A stretch of 64,000 nucleotides of DNA from Malacoraja senta (lineage: Eukaryota): assembly GCA_038087875.1 (NCBI GenBank), contig CM076002.1, forward strand, positions 372,001 to 436,000, in the 5' to 3' direction. The stretch's first letter is position 1, and each line of letters begins with the position of its first letter. Positions 1 through 11,796 of this stretch are shown piece after piece. The position numbers were made by a program, and so were the translations under genes. The notes beneath the pieces were generated by a model. The model ran no database searches. It was not told the origin of the DNA and worked only from the letters and a program-made list of their open reading frames with translations.

Positions 1-2540
1 GCCACGCGACAGTGAGAGTAGGAATGGAGCGAGGTGGAGGATAAATGCGTGGCTGAAGGACTGGTGCAGTGGGCAGGGATTCAAATTTCTGGATCATTGG
101 AACCTCTTTTGGGGAAGGTGTGACCTGTACAAAAATGACGGGTTGCACTTGAACCCGATGGGGACCAATATACTGGCGGGGAGATTTGCAAAGGCTACTG
201 GGGAGACTTTAAACTAGAACGGTTGGGGGGAGGGACTCAAATAGAGAAAGCTAGAAGACAGTGTGAGGCAGGAGGGAGAGAAGGGAAGCACTCAGACCCA
301 ACATGTAGGGGGGAAAGAAGAAAAAGATAATAAACAGAGAACAAGAGGTGGTGGGTTTCTTAAATGTGTGAGCAGAGAGACAGAGGGGTGTAAAATGAGG
401 GTAGAAGCAATAGGTAGCAAGGTGAAAAGTAAAAGTGGTAGGCAGACAAATCCAGGGCAAAAATCAAAAAGGGCCATTTTTCAACATAATTGTATAAGGG
501 GTAAGAGTGTTGTAAAACAAACCTGAAGGCTTTGTGTCTCAATGCAAGGAGCATTCGTAATAAGGTGGATGAGTTGAATGTGCAGATAGCTATTAATGAC
601 TATGATATAGTTGGGATCATGGAGACATGGCTCCAGGGTGACCAAGGCTGGGAGATGAACATCCAGGGATATTCAATATTTAGGAAGGATAGACAGAAAG
701 GAAAAGGAGGTGGGGTAGCGTCGCTGGTTAGAGAGGAGATTAATGCAATAGAAAGGAAGGACATTAGCTTGGAGGATGTGGAATCAATATGGATAGAGCT
801 GCGAAACACTTAGGGGCAGAAAACGCTAGTAGGAGTTGTGTACAGGCCACCTAAAAGTAGTAGTGGAGTTCGGGATGGCATCAAACAGGAAATTGGAAAT
901 GTGTGCAACAAAGGTAAAACAGTTATAATGGGTGACTTCAATCTACATATAGATTGGGTGAATCAAATTGCAGGGGTGCTGAGGAAGAGGATTTCTTGGA
1001 ATGTATGCGGGATAGTTTTCGAAATCAACATGTAGAGGAACCAACGAGAGAGCAGGCTATTCTAGACTGGGTATTGAGTAATGAGGAAGGGTTAGTTAGC
1101 AGTCTTGTTGTGCGTGGCCCCTTGGGCAAGGGTGACCATAATATGGTTGAGTTCTTCATTAGGATGGAGAGTGACATAAATAATTCAGAAACAAGGGTTC
1201 TGAACTTAAAGAAAGGTAACTTTGAGGGTATGAGATGTGAATTGGCCAAGGTAGACTGGCAATTGATTCTTAAAGGATTGACGGTGGATATGTAATGGAA
1301 GGCATTTAAAGGCTGCATGGATGAACTACAACAATTGTTCATCCCAGTTTGGCAAAAGAATAAATCAGGGAAGGTAGTGCATCCGTGGATAACAAGGTAA
1401 ATCAGGGATAGTATCAAAACAAAAGATGAAGCATACAAATTAGCCAGAAAAAGCAGCCTACCAGAGGACTGGGAGAAATTCAGAGTCCAGCAGAGGAGGA
1501 CAAAGGGTTTAATTAGGAAAGGAAAAACAGATTATGAAAGAAAACTGGCAGGGAACATAAAAACTGACTGCAAAAGTTTTATAGATATGTGAAGAGAAAA
1601 AGATTAGTTAAACAAATGTAGGTCCCTTGCAGTCAGAAACAGGTGAATTGATCATGGGGAACAAGGACATGGCAGACCAATTGAATAACTACTTTCGTTC
1701 TGTCTTCACTAAGGAATACTTAATTAATCTGCCGGAAATAGCAGGGGACCGGATGTCAAATGAGATGGAGGAACTGAGTGAAATCCAGGTTAGCCGGCAA
1801 GTGGTGTTAGGTAAATTGAATGGATTAAAGGCCGATAAATCCCCTGGACCAGATAGGCTGCATCCCAGAGTACTTAATGAAGTAGCCCCAAAAATAGTGG
1901 ATGCATTAGTGATAATTTTTCAAAACTATTTAGATTCTGGAGTAGTTCCTGAGGATTGGAGGGTAGCTAATGTAACCCCACTTTTTAAAAAGGAAGGGAG
2001 AGAGAAATCAGGGAATTACAGACCAGTTAGTCTAACATCGTTAGTGGGGAAACTGCAAGAGTCAGTTATTAAAGATGTGATAGCAGCACATTTGGAAAAT
2101 GGTGAAAATTATTGGACAAAGTCAGCATGGATTTATGAAAGGTAAATCATGGCTGACGAATTGATAGAAATTTTCGAGGATGTAACTAGTCGAGTGGATA
2201 AGAGAGAACCAGTTGATGTGTTATATCTGGACTTTCAGAAGGCTTTCGACAAGGTCCCACATAAGAGATTAATATACAAACTTAAAGCATACGGTATTGG
2301 GGGTTCAGTATTGATGTGGATAGAGAACTGGCTGGCAGATAGGAAGCAAAGAGTAGGAGTAAACGGGTCCTTTTCAGAATGGCAGGCAGTGACTAGTGTG
2401 GTACCGCAAGGCTCAGTGCTGGGACTCCAGCTATTTACAATATATATTAATGATTTGGACGAGGGAATTGAATGCAACATCTCCAAGTTTGCGGATGACA
2501 CGAAGCTGGGGGGCAGTGTTAGCTGTGAGGAGGGTGCTAG
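1..2540 (+). mobile_element. CR1-clade LINE (end of ORF1 SGNH esterase + degenerate ORF2 APE endonuclease/RT), 3'-truncated at the ERV LTR
   Basis: Reads INAWLKDWC...FLDHWNLFW...DGLHLN..GTNILAGRF at 40-190. Also [43 protein letters not shown] and KFADD, with stops and frameshifts. Confidence 0.93.
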
Positions 2541-3526
2541 TATAGAAGTTATATAGAAGAACACTTAATTAAAACATTTATCTAGTAATCAAGGCACTAA
2601 ACAAGTTACCTATTTTTACTTTTGTATCTGTATTCTTAACAAATACATTTGTATCCTTTGTGTGTAAAACATATAAACCAATATGTAACAGTACAAAATG
2701 GTGTCGTCAAACCTTGGCTTTAACTAAAACATAATGGTAGCAAGACAGTGAATGCTAGAATAAAAGACAGATTGATGCAAATGAGGTATATAGAAGACTA
2801 TATAGAAGTAATATAGAAGATTAAAAAGGTTACTTCTTACTTTTGGGGGCATGAACATTGAATTCTCCCAATTTTGCTAGCCCTTGCTGTCTCCTCCCCT
2901 TCATCAGCCCTCTGGTTGTCTCCTCCCATCCCTCAGCCCTCGGGCACCTCCTCCGCCTTTTTTCCTTTTTTCCTTTCTTCTCCTCACCCCCTATCAGTCT
3001 GAAGAAGGGTTTTGGCCCAAAACGTTGCCTATCTCCTTCGCTCCATAGATGCTGCTGCACCCGCTGAGTTTCTCCAGCATTTTTGTGTACCTACTTCTTA
3101 CTTTTACTTTCTGCACCATTTGTATCTTTGTGTGTAGACATATAACCAATATGCTTAAAACATTTATTAAAGCTCAGCTATTTTTTATGTGATCAGACAT
3201 CAAGGCACAAAAACAAGTTGCTTCTTATTTTTTATTTTGCTTTAGCTAGAACACCATGGTAGGCTCAGAATTAAAGTTAAAGGGCAAGGACATAGTGAGA
3301 GATTAAAGTTACAGAAGCATGCATGCCAAGTAGCCGAAGATAAGGTTGAAAGTGTGTAATAAAAAGCTGCTTGTTTCTGTGGATCAGAGAGCAATTGGAG
3401 ACGGACAGATGGTGTCATCTCTGAATGTTCCAGCTGAATATTTGCAAATAAAAGCTTTTCGTCTTCTTGAAGGATTCTCCGTGTCTGTGTCATCTTATCC
3501 AAACTTTGAGTCTTAAAACCATGACA
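2541..3526 (+). repeat. 5' LTR of ERV-A, with internal U3 duplications and a Penelope-derived insertion
   Basis: Starts abruptly inside a CR1 RT (TA.., probably a decayed TG). Has AATAAA at ~3358 and ~3447 and ends in CA 4 nt before the PBS. No 3' LTR is available to confirm the left boundary. Confidence 0.65.
2845..3091 (+). mobile_element. 5'-truncated Penelope-like element 3' end (pLTR) inserted in the ERV-A LTR
   Basis: GMNIEFSQFC* matches the C-terminus of the PLE at 40.2 kb, followed by a CTGAAGAAGGG...CCC(A)AAACGTT motif. A 14-bp TSD TACTTCTTACTTTT sits at 2831-2844 and 3092-3105. Confidence 0.85.
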
Positions 3527-3530
3527 AAAT

Positions 3531-3548
3531 TGGCGCAGCGAGCAGGGT
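3531..3548 (+). promoter_or_regulatory. Primer-binding site complementary to the 3' end of tRNA-Ser
   Basis: TGGCGCAGCGAGCAGGGT is the reverse complement of ...ACCCTGCTCGCTGCGCCA, the 3' end of vertebrate tRNA-Ser(UGA) as recalled. Confidence 0.85.
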
Positions 3549-3889
3549 CGGTAAGAGACCGTTGATTAAAAGACAAAACAGCCCAGGGCGCTTCCCAGCC
3601 CCTTCTTTGGCTCCTAAGGACAACAGGAAAAGGGTGGCCACCTATAAAATTATGCGGTTTTCCGCTTCATTTGGACTAATTACCTGTTGAACATGGGAAG
3701 CCATTGGGGCACAGAAGTGCCGAGGCAGTTAGAAGGTCTCTCCAACCCAAGAATCTGGCACTAAATTGTTCTAAAAAGGAGGCCCGGAGGATTGTCTGAG
3801 AAGGCTGCACTGTGTGGTGAGTAATAATATTTGTGATAAGAAAGTACAGCATTGCATTATGTGACAGTATTAAGAGTGTATTAAAACCT

Positions 3890-4165
3890 TGTGGATACCA
3901 CCCTGAGAGGTCAGGGGTTGCATGGACGAGGCAAGTATTCTGTGGATACCACCCTGAGATCAGGGGTTTGTACGGGCAGAATAAGACATTCTGTTGATAC
4001 CACCCTGAGAGGTCAGGGGTTTGTACGGGATGAATAAGGCATTTTGTGGATACCACCCTGAGAGGTCACGGGTTTGTACGGGCAGAATAAAGCTTCTGTG
4101 GATACGGGCAGAATAAAGTATTTTGTGGATACCACCTTAGGTGAGTAAGGGTTTGTACAGGCAAA
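3890..4165 (+). repeat. ~52-bp tandem repeat (about 5 imperfect units) in the ERV-A leader
   Basis: Unit approximately TGTGGATACCACCCTGAGAGGTCAGGGGTTTGTACGGGCAGAATAAGACATT. Confidence 0.9.
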
Positions 4166-7100
4166 ATACGAATTTAAGGTAAGTGAGTAACAGAAAGTGT
4201 ACACAGTGATAAAATATTGTAGAATAGCAGTAAGTAGAATAGCAATAAGAATAGTGTAAGGTTATATAGTGCCTACGAGGATGGAGGAGGTGTAAGGAGT
4301 GAGTTTCCTAACTGTTTGTGGAGATAAAATTGCTGCATTCTCTCCACTGAGAGATCAAGACAAAATGTGCTTCCTTTGTCTGGAAATTAATGGGAGTGGC
4401 GTGTGGTCAGATGTTGAGTGACTAGAATTTTGATTGGTTGTGATCTTAGTGGGGTGTGGTTAGAATTTGAGTGATGGTGAGTCTGACTAATCATGATCTG
4501 AATCAATGTCCAATCACAGCGCTCAGGTACCTGACTGATAGGGGATTAGACCATCCTACTTTAACTTAAAAGGGAGATAAGAATTATATAAATGTTAATC
4601 TGTTTATATAAACTTTAATCTGTGTAGAAAATTGCATAATTTCTTTGAAGTAAAAATGGAACGAATGTGATTTGTGTGTAAAAAACGGTTTTGAATGAAT
4701 GAGGAAGTTCATATATGTGATAAGTCTTTTGTTTGTTGTAGTCCATATGCTGTAAGGGTATGTGTGTGTGTTCCTTTAAGATATTGTAAGCAATGGGGAA
4801 GGTTACGAACTGCTGTAAGGTAACGTTTAACACTTTGTATCCTCGTAACTTAAAAGGGGAAAGTTGGAAAATATAGGTTGCTTGGTTTTTCTGATGTTTC
4901 TTTTATATTTCTTTTCAGTAAAGTTAATTTGGAAAATTGTTACTAGTACTAGGAATTGGAAATTTAAAATAGTGGTGAGAATGGATTGAAATAATTGGAA
5001 ATAAGTTAATTGTTGAAACATGACCAGCTTTTGTGGTTCGTTTAGATAAACATTCTGGTTGGAGAAGGGTAATGATTGTTTGCTGAGATTTTCAGAAACA
5101 GTTGTGAGGAAGTGGCCCAAGGAAGGCACTTTCAAGATAAATGTGTGACAAGATGGAAGTGTTAATTATGAATTATATGACCACAGATAAGGTGGGAAAA
5201 GCGGAAAGGAAAGGAATTAGATGTACTTAGGCAGTTTAGAAAGAAAAGGAGAGAGAGGCAGTGAGGAGGTAACAGAAGTAGGAAACAGGTGTGAAAGTAA
5301 TAAATCAGGAGGAGTCAGTGGAAGATTTTAAAAGAAAGGTGAATGCATTTGCAAAGGAGGCTAGGCTATCTGAGAAGTAAGAAATTGAGTTTAGAATAAG
5401 AAAGAAGGCATACCAGAAAGGATTAAAGTGGAAAGCAGAGGGATAAATTGATGAGACTGCTTTAAAAAGAAAAGAGCAGGACAGACACAGATTATCCTTT
5501 GGGGCACCCATAAACTGAGAGGGCTAAAAAATACCTTACCCAATATTCCTGATGGGGCAGGAAATGGATTAGGGCTTTGGAGGAGGAGAATGCGGGATGC
5601 TTATTGGCTATGGAGATTTGAAGGCACTGTTGGTGAAAGTGATAGGAACCACTAAACTGACAGAACTACTGAAGATGGCTGGTATAAAAATGCTGTGAAC
5701 AATGTAATAAACAATGGCATGCTGTTGACACAGTCAGGCAGAGGGTATGGCAGGCCCTCAGACAATGTTACCTACTTAAGGTGGACGCCAAGGAATAAAG
5801 GGGAGATCCACTGGGAGAGGCAAATAATCCAGAAGCCTATCTGGAGAACCAGCTGAAAAGGTGGAGACTTGAAAATGAACAAGAAATAGAAGGCAACCAG
5901 TTAATGAACACTATATTCTGAACCACTGTGGTGGATGTCATTCCTCCTAAAATCAAGTCTAGATTGAAGGAGGTGGTGGAATTGTCATCTGTTTCCCACC
6001 CTCGATTCAGCGATCATTTGGTCAATAAGGTCGAGAAATATCGCAAAGATAGGAAAAAGACTTACAGACCAGCAGGAAGAGGTGCAGAGAAAAATGATGC
6101 AAATGTAACTTGAAGAGCTCAAAAAGAAAGAGCATGAAAAAAGAAAGGCAATGTTGTCAATAACAACAGACCTGGTTGAAAAGACTGAAATAAGTGATGC
6201 ACCGACACACAGCGAGTCCTATGACAGAGCCAAACAGGGGCCAGAGAATCCCATGCCAATAATAAATGTCTTTGGGGGAGCGTTTCCTCAAATGCCCTAT
6301 CAGGAGTGAAATAAATCTGGATATAAGCCCAGACAGGACTGGGGTTCCCAAGGGAGGGAGGGATCTCAAGGAGGAGGTCAAGAAAGGCTAGTAAGGAGAC
6401 AGGTAATGGATAAGGTGTGTTGGGGATGTGAACAGGTATGGTAATCAGGAAATAATTATTATATTAAGATAGTGGTGAACATAGCTATGGTAAGAACATT
6501 AAGAAGAGGTATTAAGTACACCTAGGCTAGGATGCGGCAGGGTTTTAAATACTAGCCCCATGTTTTTAATCAGATGTTAAAGGCAGATTTGGAAGGTGTA
6601 CCCTTAGAAAGTATTTGATACAGTATGTGGATGATTTGTTGGTTTGTTCCACAAGTGAGAAGAAATGTGAGAGAGACATTTTAATTCTCTTGGAAAAGAT
6701 GGCATAGGAGGTCATAAAGTATCCAGGAAGAAGTTGCTGTTTTGTCAGTAGTAGGTAGAATATTCAGGACGAGTAATATCTAAAGAAGTTAAAGCTATAG
6801 CGCAGGATCAAATTGACGTTTCCAAACCTCAGACAGTAGGACAGATGATGATGATCTTGGGAATGGCAGGATATAGTTCAGACTAGATTGGAAAGTATGT
6901 TGAAATTATGATGTCATTAAGGAAAATAATGAAGGAAGAAGGACACACAAGTCGGAGAAATGTTTTACAGTCAGAGCCTTTGAATGAAGGGGACAATAAG
7001 GTTTTGTTTGTGGATGTTTCTTGTTAAAGGGATCATAATAGCAAGTATGCAGGGTTTGAAGTGGTGCATCAGGATGAATTAGACTTTAAGGTAATTAAAT

Positions 7101-8128
7101 TGGAAGCCTGCAATCTTGCTTAAGAGCAGCATGTGACATGAGGGAAGGTGAGAAAGCTGAAGTTTATACCGACTAAGCATATGTTCATGGGGTCTGTCAC
7201 ATGTTTGGAGCAGTAGGGAAACAGAAAGGCTTTGAGAAAAGCAATGGAGACCCCGTGAAAAGTTAGCAGTAAAGTACAGTCCTGATAAGGGCAATAATGA
7301 AGCCAGGGGCTCTAGCTGTCATTAAATGCCAAGCACATAAGAAGAGAAATCAAAGTGCAGATGAAGCAGGCAGAACAGCATCTGGAAGATGATCAGCTGT
7401 TATTACGTCTAGGGTAAGCTTGGATCGATTTAGGTGCAGGGACTGTAGTGAAGTTTCTGATGAATGAGGTAATCGAGAGGTTTGGTAGACCTACTGAAAT
7501 CAGCTTTGACAACGGATTGTTTTCTTTCAGAGAGTAGTCAAGCTGGTGCTACAGGCCCTTAGAGTAAAACACAGATTTGGGTGTGTAACACCTGCAGTCA
7601 CAGGGCATGGTGGAAAGAATAAATGGAACATTGAAGGTTAATATAAATAAGATTTGTGTAACTACAAAGTTGAATTGGATCAATGACCTGCCATTGGCGC
7701 TGAAGAGATGTTGCATGCAAACTAACCGAATAACCCACATAACACCACATGAGATGCTTACTGGCCGACCTATGTAGGTGGCACAATGGAGAGGTCCCTA
7801 CAAGGGACCGAGTTTGGAACAGTTACAGGTAGAAGTTAAGAAGTATATGCAACAGTTAATTATGATATACACGTCTATTTATGCACAGGCAAAGTAAAAG
7901 CAGTTGGAGGTGGACCAGGAGGAAGGACCCTTTAAACCTGGAGACGAGGTGTATGTATGAGCTTTCCGAACCACCCACCGCAGTTCAGGTAGAAGGTTGA
8001 TCTACCTGGTACCATTTCAATCCTTGCATGAGGGCTGGCCCGCAGGTACGACTAGATAATAGCCCTGAGGTAAGTGAACAGGAGGACAAAGAAGTGAGAG
8101 AAGAGCAGAGTTCTAACAAGAACGTTGT

Positions 8129-8451
8129 TTGACGTCAGTGGTGGGCAAATTAATAGAAAGGATACTTAAAGATAATATATATAAGAATCTGGATAAACAG
8201 GGTCTGATTAGGAACAGTCAACATGGATTTGTGCCTGGAAGGTCATGTTTGACTGAGGGTGTTGAGGTCATGTTTGATGAGGGTAAAGCAGTGGATGTTG
8301 TCTATATGGACTTCAGTAAGGCCTTTGACAAGGTTCCACATGGAAGGTTGTTTAAGAAGGTTCAATTGTTGGGTATTAATGGTGGAGTAGAAAGATGGAT
8401 TGAACAGTGGCTGAATGGGAGATGCCAGAGAGTAATGGTGGATGTCTGTTT
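8129..8451 (+). mobile_element. CR1 RT fragment running into the gap
   Basis: [28 protein letters not shown]. Confidence 0.88.
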
Positions 8452-8651
8452 NNNNNNNNNNNNNNNNNNNNNNNNNNNNNNNNNNNNNNNNNNNNNNNNN
8501 NNNNNNNNNNNNNNNNNNNNNNNNNNNNNNNNNNNNNNNNNNNNNNNNNNNNNNNNNNNNNNNNNNNNNNNNNNNNNNNNNNNNNNNNNNNNNNNNNNNN
8601 NNNNNNNNNNNNNNNNNNNNNNNNNNNNNNNNNNNNNNNNNNNNNNNNNNN
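8452..8651. other. Assembly gap (200 N)
   Basis: Run of N. Confidence 0.99.
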
Positions 8652-9204
8652 GACCTAAATCCTCCTGTGGGGGTTCTTTGTAAATCATTTTACCCATCAG
8701 GAGCTCTAAACTAGCGACCCTTGCAGCCATAACATTTTCTGCTTCAGGAGGGTATACCTCCGGTCTGACTCATCCGAGTCTACAGGTCGGGCCGACTTTT
8801 GTCCTGCCTTGCACCCCGCCGCCGGCAGTTTAACGGCACATTCGACCGCAACGGGAGTTAATGGCTTCGATGCCACTGACTCCTCTGACTGACGCCCGCT
8901 ACCCTTAGGATCTGGGGTTTTACCTGCGGTGCGTCCCTGGCCTCTCCTTCCCCTACGCCCTTTTTCCATTGTAACTTGTGTGGACCTCTACCAACAAGTC
9001 TGAGCGGGAAGAAAAGCGCCCTGTAAGTGAAAGTGAAACCACTTACCTTCCGACTTTTACTTTAACTTTGCTTTACTCACCGCCTGGAGGAGCTCCTGCT
9101 CCTCCACACACGGTCATGAACGCTATGCATCTGATCGATATGACGCGTGTGCAGCTGGACGGGGTCTTCTTCACGTAGTCACTCACGTGACTCCGAAGTA
9201 AAAT

Positions 9205-9650
9205 TCACTATTGGCATTAACAATGATAGGTTTCTTAATTTTAAAGATAATTTTATTTGTTTCCAAATTCTTATTGTATCATGTATAATTGGGTTATTCT
9301 TATATATTGTGTTGTTCAGTTTTATCGGGGAGAAGAGGGTCGCTCCTATGTTACAAGGAGAACAATCCTCTTTCTCCATTCTTATCCATTCTGTCTATTG
9401 GGTAGAACTGTCCAACCACTAAATTATATTCTTAATATGGACTGCCCAGTAGTAATACAAAAAGTTCGGAAGTGAAAGTTCCCCCAACATCTTTTGGTTC
9501 GCACAAGTGTTTTCTTTGAATTCTGTGTGATCCCAAATAAAATTGGTAATATTAGAGTCTAGTTTTTTGAAAAAGTTTTTTGGTATATATAATGGTATAG
9601 ATTGAAATAGGTATAATATTTGTGGTAAAAATATCATTTTTATAGCGTTT
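9205..9650 (-). mobile_element. L1-clade ORF2 fragment (post-RT region)
   Basis: KMIFLPQILYLFQSIP...KLDSNITNFIW...LSLPNF; homologous to the L1 ORF at 12718-13965. Confidence 0.8.
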
Positions 9651-9758
9651 GTGATCCTTTTTGCCTTGGCGATGAACATGATCGTCAAGTCTGCTGAACC
9701 AGAGTGCCAGGGCCCTCAGACCAAGTCAGGAGTGCGCCAACCACCAATCAGAGCCTTC

Positions 9759-10003
9759 TTGGTTCTTGGTTTCTTGGTCCTCCAAAGTATTCCAAATGGA
9801 ATTTAAACTGGAGGTGGTGGAGGGAGGACTTAAGCCAGAAAGGGTTTTTGGGAATAAAGAGCTACCTTAAATTTAGTTGCATCTGATTGGGTAACTAAAG
9901 TAGGGTGGAGATTATTCCATGCTTTAATTGTGTGGGGGAAGAATGAATTGCTGTACACATCTGTCTTGGTAGCTGGAATCACAAATTGGACCGAATGCCC
10001 TCG
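9759..10003 (-). mobile_element. 3' end of a CR1/L2-group LINE with an (ACCAAGA)n-type tail; second copy at 23847-24052 (+)
   Basis: DVYSNSFFP.TIKAWNNL C-terminus. The two copies are near identical and in opposite orientation. Confidence 0.75.
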
Positions 10004-11731
10004 TCATGGATGACCTGACTATCACCACTGAGTCAGTGCCAGGAGGCAGGTAGATCCTGCAGGGGTTGGAGAAACTGATTGGATGGGCAAGGATGAGGTT
10101 TAAGCCAGGAAAATCAATGTCACTGGTGCTGAAGAAGGGCAAAGTCATGGACAGGTTCTGCTTCAGCATCGAAGGGACACCAATCCCAACTGTCTCCGAA
10201 AGGCCAGTGAAGAGTCTTGGCAAACTGTTTAACAGCAGCCTGAAGGATACAGCATCTGTCCAGGCAACCTGTCAGGAGCTGGAGAGTTGGTTGAGAGCAG
10301 TGGACCGGTCGGGGCTTCCCGGCAAGTTCAAGGTATGGATCTACCAGCATGGTATCCTGCCAAGGATACTCTGGCCACTGCTTGTCTACAAAGTCCCAAT
10401 ATCCATCGTAGAGAGATTGGAGAGGAAAGTCAGCAGCTTCCCCAGGAGGTGGCTGGGACTGCCCAGGAGCCTTAGCAGCATTGCCCTATATGGAAATAAT
10501 ACCAAGCTCCAGCTGCCCCTAAAGTCCCTGGAGGAGGAGTTTAAGGTGAATCGGGCCAGAGAGGTGATGCTGTACAGGGACTCCAGCAGGGCTCAGTACA
10601 GTGGCTCAGGCAGGGGTGGAGGTGAAGACTGGAAGAAAGTGGAGAGCTGGCGAAGCCGTGCTGCAAGCGGAGTCTCGGATACGCCACAGAGTCCTGGTGG
10701 GAGCAGTGACTCGGGGAAGCGCTGGCCTGGGAATCTTCCCATCTCCCCAGTTTGATAAGGCCAAGGGGAAGGAGAGGCGTAGGCTGGTCCAGGAGGAAGT
10801 GAGGGCAGTAGTTGAGGAGGAGAGGTCTACCAGAGTGGTTGGATTGAGGCAGCAGGGAGCCTGGACAAGGTGGGAGTAGGCCATGGACCAAAAAGTCACA
10901 TGGATTGAGCTCTGGCAGGTTGAACCACAGCGCATCAAGTTCCTGGTCCAGGCAGTGTAAGATGTCCTGCCCAGCCCATCGAAGTTCTTCATCTGGGGCA
11001 AAGCGGAATCTCCAGATTGCCCGCAATGCTCAGGCAAGGGGATGTTGGAACACATCCTGAGCTGCTGCCCAAAGGCTCTTGGGCAGGGCCGGTACACCTG
11101 GCGTCACGACCAGGTTCTTAAACCCATTGCAGAAGCCATCAGCGTGGGAATCAGCAGCTGCAGACGAGCACGCCCCATCACCCAGATGATCACCTTCGTG
11201 AAGGCCGGAGTGCAGCTGCCAAGAACCACAGCAGCCAGGAATCCGTCAGGAATCCTGGTGACTGCGCAGGACTGGCAGCTTTCCGTAGACCTGGTGAAAC
11301 AGCTGAAGTTCCCACAGCACATTGCCACGACCACCCTGAGGCCAGATATCCTCCTGGTCTCAGAGGCGACAAAAAACATCGACTTGTTGGAACTGACAGT
11401 GCCGTGGGAGAACCGTCTGGAGGAGGCCCACGAGAGGAAGATGGCCAAGTACGAAGAGCTGGTCATAGACTGCCGCAAGCAGGGCTGGAAGGGAAGGTGT
11501 ATGCCCATCGAGGTTGGCTGCAGAGGTTTTGCAGGGCAATCGCTCTCCAAAGCCTTGAGTGCACTGGGCATCACCGGAGTGGCGAGTAGAAGGGCCATCG
11601 AGAACACCACAGAGGCAGCGGAGAAGGCCTCGAGATGGCTCTGGATCAGGAGAGAAGGTCCATGAGGAGGAGCGATTGCCACCTGAACACAAGTCGTGGT
11701 CTGATCAACCACGGCAGGGTCGCCTGGGTGA

Positions 11732-11796
11732 GGGTGTCTGATGTGGAAAGACCCGAAACACCCAATGACCCCGGGTTACATCACTGACGATGTGTT
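11732..11796 (+). ncRNA. Candidate rearranged (non-circularly permuted) hammerhead ribozyme in the HERO 3' UTR
   Basis: GGGTGTC/GAAACACCC (stem III + GUC site), TGATGT/ACATCA (stem I) directly followed by CTGACGA, and a weak stem II GACCC/GTGTT. Confidence 0.55.

Larger units (their letters stand above)
2541..8125 (+). mobile_element. Degenerate class I (gamma/epsilon-like) endogenous retrovirus ERV-A: 5' LTR, PBS, leader, gag, partial RT/RNase H/integrase; no env or 3' LTR seen
   Basis: LTR ends ...TGACA at 3526, followed by a PBS. A CWGC knuckle remnant lies at ~6420, then RQGF and QYVDDLL (~6540-6640). RNase H reads YTD*AY and VIKCQAHK (~7165-7340). Integrase reads EVIERFG.PTEISFDNG and QSQGMVERINGTLK (~7465-7640). 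Many stops and deletions. Confidence 0.85.

Noticed and set aside
3890..4165. CRISPR-like array (palindromic repeat with short variable gaps)
   Set aside because: The gaps are diverged copies of one another rather than unique spacers; eukaryotic ERV leader; no cas genes.
8362..8730. ORFs spanning the N run
   Set aside because: Artefacts of translating the gap.
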